From Dehalococcoidia bacterium (GTDB lineage Bacteria > Chloroflexota > Dehalococcoidia > CAUJGQ01), in NCBI GenBank assembly GCA_042408665.1, contig JBHOQW010000106.1:8868-72867 (forward strand): a stretch of 64,000 bases of DNA, in the 5' to 3' direction. Below the pieces are notes generated by a model. The model saw only the letters and a program-made list of their open reading frames with translations. It did not search any database and was not told where the DNA came from. Shown one piece after another: positions 30,914 to 39,017 of this stretch (position 1 is its first letter; every line of letters begins with the position of its first letter). Both the position numbers and the translations under genes were made by a program.

Positions 30914-32415
30914 CGCGGGCGCACCACCGGCACGGCGCCGGCTTCCCGTGCCCGTGGGACAGGCACCGGCAGCGTGAGGGTAAAGGTCGTGCCAGCGGAG
31001 TCGCTGGCGGCGGTGAGGGTGCCGCCATGCAGCTCGGCCAGCTCCTTGGCGATGGCGAGGCCCAGGCCGCTGCCGCGGGCCTGGCCCGGCGCGCGGGCGC
31101 GGTCTAAACGCACAAAGCGGTCGAAGATCCGCGGCAGGTCCTCCGGCGGGATGTACGAGCCGCTGTTGAACACCTCGAGGCGCACGGCGCGGGCGGGCTC
31201 CGGTGCCGGGATGGCCCGCACCTCCACCCGGCCGCCGTCCGGGGTGTGCTTGCGGGCGTTGTCCAGCAGGTTGTCCAGGATGCGCTCCAGCTTGGCGCTG
31301 TCGCCCTGCACCACCAGGCCCTCCGGCACGGCCAGCCGCAGCGCGACGCGGCGCTCGGTTAGGGCGGGCTCGAAGCGGCGGGCAGCGCGAACGGCCAGCA
31401 GGCCGAGGTCAACCGGTTCGCGCGCCACCACCACCTGGCCGGCCTCGATTTCGGAGAGGAAGAGCAGGTCCTCCACCAGCGAGCGCATTCGCTCCGCCTC
31501 GGCGTGGATGATGGCGCCTGTCTCCATCACGGCCTCCGGCCCCTCTACCGCGCGATCGCGCAGCGCTTGGGCGAAGCCAAGGATCGAGGTGAGCGGCGTT
31601 TTCAAGTCGTGCGAGACGTTGGCGATGAGCGTGCGCATCTGCATATGGCTGCGGCCCACCTGGCGGGCCATCTCGTTGAAGGCCTTGGCCAGGCGGCCTA
31701 CCTCATCGTTGCGCGCCAGCGGGATCTCCTGGTCGTAGTTGCCGCGGGCCATCTCCTCGGAGGCACGGGTGAGGGCCTGCAGGGGATGGGCGATGGAGCG
31801 GGCCAGTACTCCCGCCACCACGGCCGATAGGGCCAAGGCGGTGAGCCCGGCCCAGCCCAGCGCGGGCAGCAGGCTGCGCCAGGCACCGGCCAGCGTCTGG
31901 CGTGGGATGGCCAGCACCACGGTATCGCCGGGCGGCAGGACGCGGGCGGGACCGGCGCGTCGCTCCATCAGGGTGAGAGCCGGCGCCAAGAAGATAAAAC
32001 CGTCCTGCTCCGGCTCTTGCCCGCGCCAGGCGCGGTAGCCGAACTTGGATGGCCCGGACGTCTCCAGCGGCAAGTTCAACGTCTTCCCGCGCAGGCTCTC
32101 GTCGCTGTCCTGAGTGACGACGCCGTTGCGGTCCACCATCAGGATCCGCACGCCCTGGCGCCGGGCCTCCTCACGGATGTACTCACCGATCGCTTCGGGC
32201 GAGGCACCCTGCCGTTGCAGGCGAAAGACGTCCAGCGTGATCTGGGGCGCCGCCACGGCCAGCCGGTCCAGCGCCGCCTGCTGCTGCTCACGCCAACGCA
32301 GGGCGACCAGGGCCACGCCGGCCAACAGCAGGGCCAGCAGGCTGATAGCGGCGTAGGAGAGAAAAAGCTTCGTACGTAGGGACATGGGCGGGTCCGGGTG
32401 CCGGAACCGATACAT
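30904..32415 (-). CDS. sensor histidine kinase (2 TM, HAMP, HisKA, HATPase_c)
   Basis: 503 aa. H-box SHDLKTPLTSILGF, N-box LLDNARKHT, G-box GSGLGLAIAKE. The alternative start is ATG 32385. Confidence 0.88.
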   Translation of the reverse strand: MYRFRHPDPPMSLRTKLFLSYAAISLLALLLAGVALVALRWREQQQAALDRLAVAAPQITLDVFRLQRQGASPEAIGEYIREEARRQGVRILMVDRNGVVTQDSDESLRGKTLNLPLETSGPSKFGYRAWRGQEPEQDGFIFLAPALTLMERRAGPARVLPPGDTVVLAIPRQTLAGAWRSLLPALGWAGLTALALSAVVAGVLARSIAHPLQALTRASEEMARGNYDQEIPLARNDEVGRLAKAFNEMARQVGRSHMQMRTLIANVSHDLKTPLTSILGFAQALRDRAVEGPEAVMETGAIIHAEAERMRSLVEDLLFLSEIEAGQVVVAREPVDLGLLAVRAARRFEPALTERRVALRLAVPEGLVVQGDSAKLERILDNLLDNARKHTPDGGRVEVRAIPAPEPARAVRLEVFNSGSYIPPEDLPRIFDRFVRLDRARAPGQARGSGLGLAIAKELAELHGGTLTAASDSAGTTFTLTLPVPVPRAREAGAVPVVRPRHA

Positions 32416-32419
32416 GGGC

Positions 32420-33160
32420 TCAGGGGGCGGCGTCCGGCACCACCAGCTTGTAGCCGATCCCCCAGACGGTTTCGATCTTCACATCGCTGCCGGCCAACTT
32501 CTCCCGCAGCCAGGCGACGTGCACATCCACGGTGCGTTGATCGCCGTAATAGCCCGTCCCCCACACCAGGTCCAGCAGCCGATCGCGGTCCAGGGCGTAG
32601 CCGGGAAACCGGGCGAAGGTGGCGAGCAGGTCGAACTCCTTCGGTCGCAGGTGCAGCGGCGTACCGCTCAGGGTAGCGGTGCGCTCGTTCAGATCGATCA
32701 CCAGGCTGCCGGCGGTGATCCGGGCCTGGACCGGCGGGTTTGCGGGCCCGCCGGTGCGGACGCGACGCAGCACAGCCTGCACCCGCGCCACCAGCTCCAG
32801 GGGGTTGAACGGCTTGGTGACGTAGTCGTCGGCGCCGAACTGCAGCCCGGCGATGCGGTCCACATCGCTGGTACGGGCGGTGAGCATGATGATCGGCAGC
32901 TCGGAGGAGCGACGTAGGGAGCGGGTGATCTCCAACCCATCAGGGCCGGGCATCATGATATCCAGCACCAGGAGGTCTGGGCGCAGGTCACGCACCTTGC
33001 GCAGCGTCTCGTCGCCGTCCTCGGCGGCGGCCACCCGATAGCCGGCCTTGGTGAGGTAGAGCTCCACCAGGCGAACGATGTGCGGATCATCATCCGCCAC
33101 CAGGATGAGCGGGGGCGGGGACGCGGCATCGGACGCAGGCTGTGTCATGCTCTGGGTCAA
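32420..33160 (-). CDS. OmpR/PhoB-family response regulator
   Basis: Receiver domain (LILVADDD...LLVLDIMMPGPDG...TKPF) plus a winged-helix output domain (LRPKEFDLL...VWG...VDVHVAWLREKL). Confidence 0.93.
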   Translation of the reverse strand: MTQSMTQPASDAASPPPLILVADDDPHIVRLVELYLTKAGYRVAAAEDGDETLRKVRDLRPDLLVLDIMMPGPDGLEITRSLRRSSELPIIMLTARTSDVDRIAGLQFGADDYVTKPFNPLELVARVQAVLRRVRTGGPANPPVQARITAGSLVIDLNERTATLSGTPLHLRPKEFDLLATFARFPGYALDRDRLLDLVWGTGYYGDQRTVDVHVAWLREKLAGSDVKIETVWGIGYKLVVPDAAP

Positions 33161-33220
33161 TGGTACACCTCTTACTCAGGGCCTTCACCCACCACAAGGC
33201 AGCGGTGGAGGCAGAACACC

Positions 33221-33259
33221 GCGGGACGATAGGCGGAGCCGTGCCGCCCATCGTCCCGC
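33221..33259 (-). terminator. intercistronic 16-bp hairpin between the secreted-protein gene and the response regulator
   Basis: GCGGGACGATGGGCGG-cacggct-CCGCCTATCGTCCCGC with one mismatch, followed by GGTGTTCTG. It may act as an attenuator or processing/stability element. Confidence 0.4.
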
Positions 33260-33281
33260 GCCAGGAGCACACCTGACCGGA

Positions 33282-33983
33282 TCAGCGGCCCATACGCATC
33301 CGCGCGCCCAGCCCGTGCTCACCCGGCTTGCGGTTGATCAGGTCATCCAGCCGCTGCTGCAGCTTGTTCAGGGCGTTATCGGCCTGCTGCTGGGTGATGC
33401 GTCCTTGCTGCACGGCCTGGCTCAACCGCTGACGGGCGTTATCCAGGATGAACTGCTTGAGCTCATCGGCCGTCTTGCCGTGCGCCTGCGCCACCTCGGC
33501 CAGGCTCTTGTCGCGTAGCTCCTGCCGGAGCTGGTCGCGGCTGATGCCCAGGAACTGGGCGAGCTGGTCCAGGGAGGCCAACATGCCCGGCCTGAGATGG
33601 CCCGCACCCTTGCCAGGGCCAAAGAGCGGGCCGTGCAGACCGAGGAACGGAAGCTTGCCCTGGTTGATGGCATCCTTCAGGCGCTGCGCCTGGTCCGGGG
33701 TGAGGCGGCCGGCCGCCTGCGCCGCGTCTACCTCCTGGATGGCGGTCTGGCGCAGGGCATCACGCAGCCGGTCCGGCGTGACGCCCAGGTTCTGCGCCAA
33801 GCGGTTGAGAAACTCATCCAGGCGCTGCTGCGCCTGCTGCTTGCCGGGTCCTGGGGTAGCCGTCGGTGAGGGGGCAGGGGTCTGAGCGCTGGCACGGCTG
33901 CTCACCACGCCCACCATCAGGCCGGCGCCTACCAGCAGGGCGGCCCCGGCCGCCAGCAGCCGGCTCATCTTGCTCTTCAGCAT
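33282..33983 (-). CDS. secreted helical repeat protein with LTXXQ-like motifs (CpxP/Spy-like by inference)
   Basis: Signal peptide MLKSKMSRLLAAGAALLVGAGLMVGVVSSRASA-Q. Repeats LGVTPDRLRDALRQ / LGISRDQLRQELRD. Motifs LTPDQ and ITQQQ. Confidence 0.7.
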   Translation of the reverse strand: MLKSKMSRLLAAGAALLVGAGLMVGVVSSRASAQTPAPSPTATPGPGKQQAQQRLDEFLNRLAQNLGVTPDRLRDALRQTAIQEVDAAQAAGRLTPDQAQRLKDAINQGKLPFLGLHGPLFGPGKGAGHLRPGMLASLDQLAQFLGISRDQLRQELRDKSLAEVAQAHGKTADELKQFILDNARQRLSQAVQQGRITQQQADNALNKLQQRLDDLINRKPGEHGLGARMRMGR

Positions 33984-34058
33984 CGTGCACGCTCCCGCGG
34001 GGTCTGGAGGCGCGCCCGCGCCTCCGTTCTCACCATACCGCCACCCGCGGCGCGCAGT

Positions 34059-34076
34059 GTTAAGGCGCGATTAAGG
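34059..34076 (-). promoter_or_regulatory. 7-4-7 direct repeat CCTTAAT-CGCG-CCTTAAC (candidate OmpR-family box)
   Basis: Read on the minus strand, 11-bp periodicity, 76-93 nt upstream of ATG 33983. Overlaps a TTGCAA-N17-CTTAAT promoter-like arrangement. Confidence 0.35.
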
Positions 34077-34237
34077 AGCGCCCGGCCTGTATTTGCAACA
34101 AAAGTGTTAGCTTTCCATGCCCACACGGGCGCCGTGCTCTGGCATACTAAAGGCGTCGAAGCGGTGGCCATGTCCAGAGGCGGGGCTGGATATGGTCACC
34201 GCTTCACATATGTCCGCGAGCGAGCCGGGGGCGCCGT

Positions 34238-35545
34238 TCAGATCACCAGCAGGCGGTCCAGCTCTTCCGGGTCACCGGCCGGACCGACAACCGCCATCGC
34301 CAGGTTCGCGCTGTGGAACAGGCGGCGCGCCACACGCTGCACGTCCTCCGCGCTGACGGCGCGGAGCCTGACCACCACCTCCTCCACCGGCTCGATCTCG
34401 CCCAGGGTGAGGAGCGCCTCGCCGGCGCGCTGGCCCAGGGACATCGTGCTCTCCAGTCCCAGGCGGAAGCTGCCGGCCGCGTAGTCGCGTGCCTTGGCCA
34501 GCTCCTCCTCGCCCACCGGCTCCTCGGCCAGGCGTCGCAGTTCGCCCAGGATCACTGTCACCGCCTCGTGCAGCTTGTCCGGGGTGACACCGGCGGAGAT
34601 GGACAGCACGCCTGTATCTGCGTGCCGCGAGACCGAGGAGCCCACCGAGTAGGCCAGGCCACGCCGCTCGCGCACCTCTTTGAAGAGGCGGCTGCTCATG
34701 CCGCGCCCGAGGACGTTGTTGAGGATGGTGAGCGCGAAGCGGTCCGGGTCGGTGCGGCTGACGGCGCGCAAGCCGATGGCCACATTGCACTGGGCGATGT
34801 CCCGCCGCTCCACCACCACGCGCGGGTTGCCCAGCTCCGGCCGCGCGGGCAGGAAGCGCGGCGCCGGCCCACCCTCCCAGTGGGCAAAGCACTGGTGGGC
34901 CAGCTCCATCACCTGCTCATGGGTAACGTTGCCGGCCACGGACAGAACGGCGTTCTGGGGCGTGTACCACCGCTCCAGGTGGTCCAGGAAGTCCTGCCGC
35001 TGGATGGCGTCGATGATCTCGACCGTGCCGGCGATGCTCCAGCCGATGGGCTGGTCCCCGAACACGGCGCGCGACAGCAACTCTCCTACCCACGCCCCCG
35101 GCTGGTCGTGCGAGCGGCGGATCTCCTGCTGCACCACCGCCCGCTCGCGTTCGATCTCCTGGGGCTCGATCTTGGAGTGGAGGAGCATATCGGCTAGCAC
35201 GTCCATCGCCACCGGCAGGTGGTCATAGGGGACGTGGTTCCAGTAGCAGGTCAGCTCCTTGGCGGTATACGCGTTGAGGGAGCCGCCTGCGCCCTCGATC
35301 GCCTCCGCGATCTGGATGGCGTCCGGTCGCCTCTCCGTGCCCTTGAACAGCATGTGCTCCATGAAGTGGGAGATGCCGTTCACCCGGCGCTCCTCACCGC
35401 GCGAGCCGACGCCGATGAACACGTTCACGCTGACCGATTGGGCGGTCGGCACGGGGGTGGTCACAACGCGCATGCCGTTGGCGAGCGTATCCACCTGCCA
35501 CATCGGGACGGCGCCGTCCGGGCGCTCGGAGCGCTCTGTTGCCAT
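34238..35545 (-). CDS. M16-family (pitrilysin-like) zinc peptidase
   Basis: ORF 34238..35671 trimmed to ATG 35545. Inverted zinc motif HFMEHMLFKG. Confidence 0.88.
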   Translation of the reverse strand: MATERSERPDGAVPMWQVDTLANGMRVVTTPVPTAQSVSVNVFIGVGSRGEERRVNGISHFMEHMLFKGTERRPDAIQIAEAIEGAGGSLNAYTAKELTCYWNHVPYDHLPVAMDVLADMLLHSKIEPQEIERERAVVQQEIRRSHDQPGAWVGELLSRAVFGDQPIGWSIAGTVEIIDAIQRQDFLDHLERWYTPQNAVLSVAGNVTHEQVMELAHQCFAHWEGGPAPRFLPARPELGNPRVVVERRDIAQCNVAIGLRAVSRTDPDRFALTILNNVLGRGMSSRLFKEVRERRGLAYSVGSSVSRHADTGVLSISAGVTPDKLHEAVTVILGELRRLAEEPVGEEELAKARDYAAGSFRLGLESTMSLGQRAGEALLTLGEIEPVEEVVVRLRAVSAEDVQRVARRLFHSANLAMAVVGPAGDPEELDRLLVI

Positions 35546-35743
35546 ATCGTCTGAACCTCTACGTCGCTCTGCGAGGTCCAGGCGCCCCACAACGGCGCCT
35601 GGATCAGCGTACATATCAACGCGGCCCGTTCCCCACGCGGGAAGGGCCGCCTTCTGTCTATAGTTTAGCACAACGCGCCGCGGCGGTGGCCCTCCGCGTG
35701 CACCCGCCCGCGCCGGAACGCACGGCCGCTACAATTCCGATCG

Positions 35744-36727
35744 ATGGCCCGCGCGATCCTGGCCGGTGCTGAGCCGGCCGATAACTGGACCTCCCTGGCC
35801 GGCGCCCTGGAAGGGGCGCTACGCTTCCTGGGCGAGCCCGTCACCCGCCCGTGGGTGATGGGGGTCTCCGGGTACGCCTTTCGCCTGGCGCTGCCAACGA
35901 CCGATGGCGTGGCCGCGGCCGGCCCGGTAGAGGCGGCCTTTGACCCGAAGCGCATCGCCGGTCTCCTCCGCAACCTCGGCCGGAAGATCGAGATCGTCGC
36001 CGCCCCGCCCGACCGGCACGAGTACGTCAAGCGGCGCGCGGAGGTGATCGGCCGTGTGCGCAAGAGCATCGATCGCGGCCTGCCCGTGGCCGTCTACGGC
36101 CTGCATCTGCCCCGCTTCGGCCTGGTGAAGGGCTACGACGATCGCGCCGGCCTGTGGTTCGTCGCCTCGCTGCTGAGCGCGCAGTACGGCGAGGCCCTGC
36201 CGCTCGATCGCTGGCCGGTTCCGGAACGCGCCGACCCGGTGCTGGCCGTGTTTCTCGGCGACCGAACCCGCAGCGATCCCCGCCACGCCGTGCTGGCGGC
36301 CCTGCGTTACGCCGTCACCTATGCGGACGAAGGCGAGCCGGGCGATCCGACCGGCGCCGTGCACGGCCTTGTGGCCTACCGACGCTGGCAGGAGGTGTTC
36401 GCGCACGGCGCGTCGCTCTCGTCCGCCGGCAACACGCTCCTGGCGCACCTGCTCCAGGCGGCCCGGCGCGACGCCGCCGCCTTCCTGCGCGCAGACGCCA
36501 CCCGCCTGCTCCCGGAGGCCGCGCCCGCGCTGCGTCGCGCCGCCGCCGCCTACGACGCGGAGGTGCTGGCCCTTTCCCGCCTGGTGACGCTGTTTCCTTT
36601 CCCCGGTGGCGGCAATCCGGACAACCCGGCCACCCGTTTGAGCGCCGCCGCCACCCTGCGCGAGGCGCTGGCGCGTGAGGAAGAGGCGCTCGCCGCCCTG
36701 CGCGAGGTGTTGGCCACCGCCCACTGA
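35744..36727 (+). CDS. hypothetical protein (327 aa), family not recognised
   Basis: Long ORF with high GC3 and an Ala-rich helical C-terminal third. There is a weak resemblance by eye to BtrH-N/DUF4872-type folds, but no catalytic Cys is visible. Confidence 0.6.
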   Translation: MARAILAGAEPADNWTSLAGALEGALRFLGEPVTRPWVMGVSGYAFRLALPTTDGVAAAGPVEAAFDPKRIAGLLRNLGRKIEIVAAPPDRHEYVKRRAEVIGRVRKSIDRGLPVAVYGLHLPRFGLVKGYDDRAGLWFVASLLSAQYGEALPLDRWPVPERADPVLAVFLGDRTRSDPRHAVLAALRYAVTYADEGEPGDPTGAVHGLVAYRRWQEVFAHGASLSSAGNTLLAHLLQAARRDAAAFLRADATRLLPEAAPALRRAAAAYDAEVLALSRLVTLFPFPGGGNPDNPATRLSAAATLREALAREEEALAALREVLATAH

Positions 36728-36960
36728 TGGCGCACTGATGGTTTTTGTTCCTCACCCCCAAATGTCATTTGGGATACAGCGCGTCGCCTCCCTCCCGACC
36801 TACCGTAGGAGCCGCGCCCCGTCCCAAGGGACCGGCGCCGCTCCGTCCCGATGCCCGGCCAAGCGCGGTCCGCCGGTCGTAGCCTTGGCAGGCCGGGGCG
36901 GAGCAGACTGCCGGCAGGACCACGGAGGCGGCGCCGGGCGGAGTAAGGAGGGAACAGACC

Positions 36961-37164
36961 ATGACCGCGATGCGCTCTGACGTCACTTGCTTGATCTGCG
37001 GCCGTTTCCTGGGCATCGTCGAGAGCCGAAACGGCCAGCTTCGCCTGGTGCGGGCCGGCACCGGCGGGGCGGTGCCTCGGCTTAGTCGGGGACGGCTGGT
37101 GTGCTCCCACTGCGGCGGTCGGGCCATCCTAGAGACGAACCCGGACACCGTTACGGCAGCGTGA
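36961..37164 (+). CDS. small zinc-ribbon protein (CxxC-N33-CxxC), 67 aa
   Basis: ATG preceded by a near-perfect Shine-Dalgarno site, AAGGAGG. Motifs TCLICG...CSHCGG. Confidence 0.55.
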   Translation: MTAMRSDVTCLICGRFLGIVESRNGQLRLVRAGTGGAVPRLSRGRLVCSHCGGRAILETNPDTVTAA

Positions 37165-37258
37165 GCCGGTGTCCGCGCCCCTCGCCCCAGCACGCGCTGG
37201 CCGGTAGGATCAGGGGGACCGGACGGCGCTCTGGCAGGCCGGGGTCGAGGAGCGAGAC

Positions 37259-37780
37259 ATGGACGTGCAAGCCTACCTGCGGCACTTCATCGGGCTCTTG
37301 CATCGGCAGTACGAGCAGGTGCTCGGCGACCTGACCGAGGCGCAGTTCTACTTCCGGCCCAGCGCTAACACCAACCACATCGCGTTCACCGCCTGGCACT
37401 GGGTGCGAACGGAGGATAACGTGATCAACTTCGCGCTCCAGCGCCGACCCACCGTCTGGGTGGAGCGTGGCCTTGACGCCGCATGGGGCTTGCCCAAGGC
37501 AGCGCAGGGTACGGGCATGCCCCCACAAGAGGCCCACGCCCTGCGTCTGCCCTCCATCGCGGCGTTCCTTGACTACGCCCGTGCCGTCTGGGCCGCCACC
37601 GACCGCTACCTGGACTCGATCACACCCGAGGAGCTCAGCCGGATCACCAAGGTGAACCCGTTCGGCGAGATCCCGGTGCTCCAGGCCATTGGTCAGACCG
37701 TCATCGCCCACGGCAATCAGCACCTGGGCGAGATCTGGCTGACGCGCGAAATCCAGGGCCTCACCGGCATCGGCATGTAG
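37259..37780 (+). CDS. DinB_2-family protein
   Basis: 173 aa with QFYFRPSANTNHIAFTAWHWVRTED...IAHGNQHLGEI. GAGGAG Shine-Dalgarno site. Confidence 0.82.
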   Translation: MDVQAYLRHFIGLLHRQYEQVLGDLTEAQFYFRPSANTNHIAFTAWHWVRTEDNVINFALQRRPTVWVERGLDAAWGLPKAAQGTGMPPQEAHALRLPSIAAFLDYARAVWAATDRYLDSITPEELSRITKVNPFGEIPVLQAIGQTVIAHGNQHLGEIWLTREIQGLTGIGM

Positions 37781-38182
37781 CCTCCGTCCCCGTCCCCGCC
37801 CCGCCGAGGCTGCCCGCGCCCTAGCCGACCGCGACGCCAGGCGCCGGCGCGGTGCCCGGTTGCTGGAACAGGCCGAGCGCGTCGATCCACGCCGGCGCTC
37901 CCCGATGCGGCCCTCTGGCACGCGGTGGCCGACGACGCCGCTCATCGACCCCTGCCGCCCTATCGGCGGGATGCCAGAGACTCACCGGTGGGCACGTCCG
38001 TGCCGGTGATATGGCTCACCGCCAGCTCGCCCACACCGATCCGGTCCTCTTGCTCGGTCCCCACCGATACCGGTGGGACGGCACCAGAGGGCGCTCGGAC
38101 CCACGTATGGGGTGCCGCCGCGCGTGGCGGCGCCGCGAGCAGAGCGTGGAAGCGCGCGATGATCTGTTTCGGCCCGGAACGG

Positions 38183-38875
38183 TCACACCACGCGAAATTC
38201 CACGCGGAGGAACTGGCCGTCGGCGCAGCGCACGGACAACAGGCCGAAGCCGGGTGTGTCGCTCGGCAGGACGTCAAAGTGGATGACGGCGATCCCCGAA
38301 GGCGCCGCCGCCACCGCCACGGGGATGAACCGGAAGGTGCCACCGCTGGGCACGTTCACCCCGCCCGTGCAGACATAGCCTGGCAGCGTGCCGATCTGTG
38401 CCTCGACCGTCTCGCCCCGCCGTACCACGGCGGGCGCCAGGAGCACACCGGGGGGCACAACCACCGGCGGCGTGGCCGGGGTCACCGTGACCGGCGGCAT
38501 CGGTTCTATCCAGGGGTGATAGGTGCCGGGCTCACGCATGCAGATGAACACCGGCTCGAACGGCGCGGTAACGGTGAGGTAGTCGTTAACCCCGTCGGCG
38601 CCCGACGGGGAGAAAGCCCGGAAACGGCCTTCTCCCACATAGATGAAGATGCCGAGCAAAGCGCCAGCCGGGCTGATCCGCGTCGCCACCTCCCGAAGCG
38701 GCGTGCCGGCCGCTTCGGCCAGGGCCACGTTCGTGCAGCCCGGCGCCAGCGACACAGCCGCTTGCGCGTGCACCGGCCATGACCACGGGCGGTGGGCCGC
38801 TCCGCTAAGGGCCACGACCAACCCCAGCGCCGCGGCGACCAGGAAGCGCGCCCGCGCCGCACCTCTCCCCGGCAT
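38183..38875 (-). CDS. hypothetical secreted protein
   Basis: ORF 38183..39079 trimmed to ATG 38875 (GAGGAAGG upstream). Signal peptide ...LVVALSGAAHRPWSWPVHA-QA and a Pro-rich linker PVTVTPATPPVVVPP. Confidence 0.6.
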   Translation of the reverse strand: MPGRGAARARFLVAAALGLVVALSGAAHRPWSWPVHAQAAVSLAPGCTNVALAEAAGTPLREVATRISPAGALLGIFIYVGEGRFRAFSPSGADGVNDYLTVTAPFEPVFICMREPGTYHPWIEPMPPVTVTPATPPVVVPPGVLLAPAVVRRGETVEAQIGTLPGYVCTGGVNVPSGGTFRFIPVAVAAAPSGIAVIHFDVLPSDTPGFGLLSVRCADGQFLRVEFRVV

Positions 38876-39017
38876 CGTGCCTTCCTCGGTCCAAACGCTG
38901 GAATGAGGGCACCATAGCCCCCTCGCCCAGCGGCGGTCAAGCGCCCGCGCCACCCCCTCCGCGAACACGCTCGGGCTGCTATGCTCCTTCCACCACCTGT
39001 CACCGCCTGGGGCCACC

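Noticed and set aside
36774-36960. The GC-rich ~180-nt leader upstream of the zinc-ribbon ORF as a known riboswitch (ZTP, guanidine, c-di-GMP or preQ1 types considered).
   Set aside because: None of the conserved cores I remember for these classes is present. I did not call it and only flagged that an Rfam scan would be decisive.
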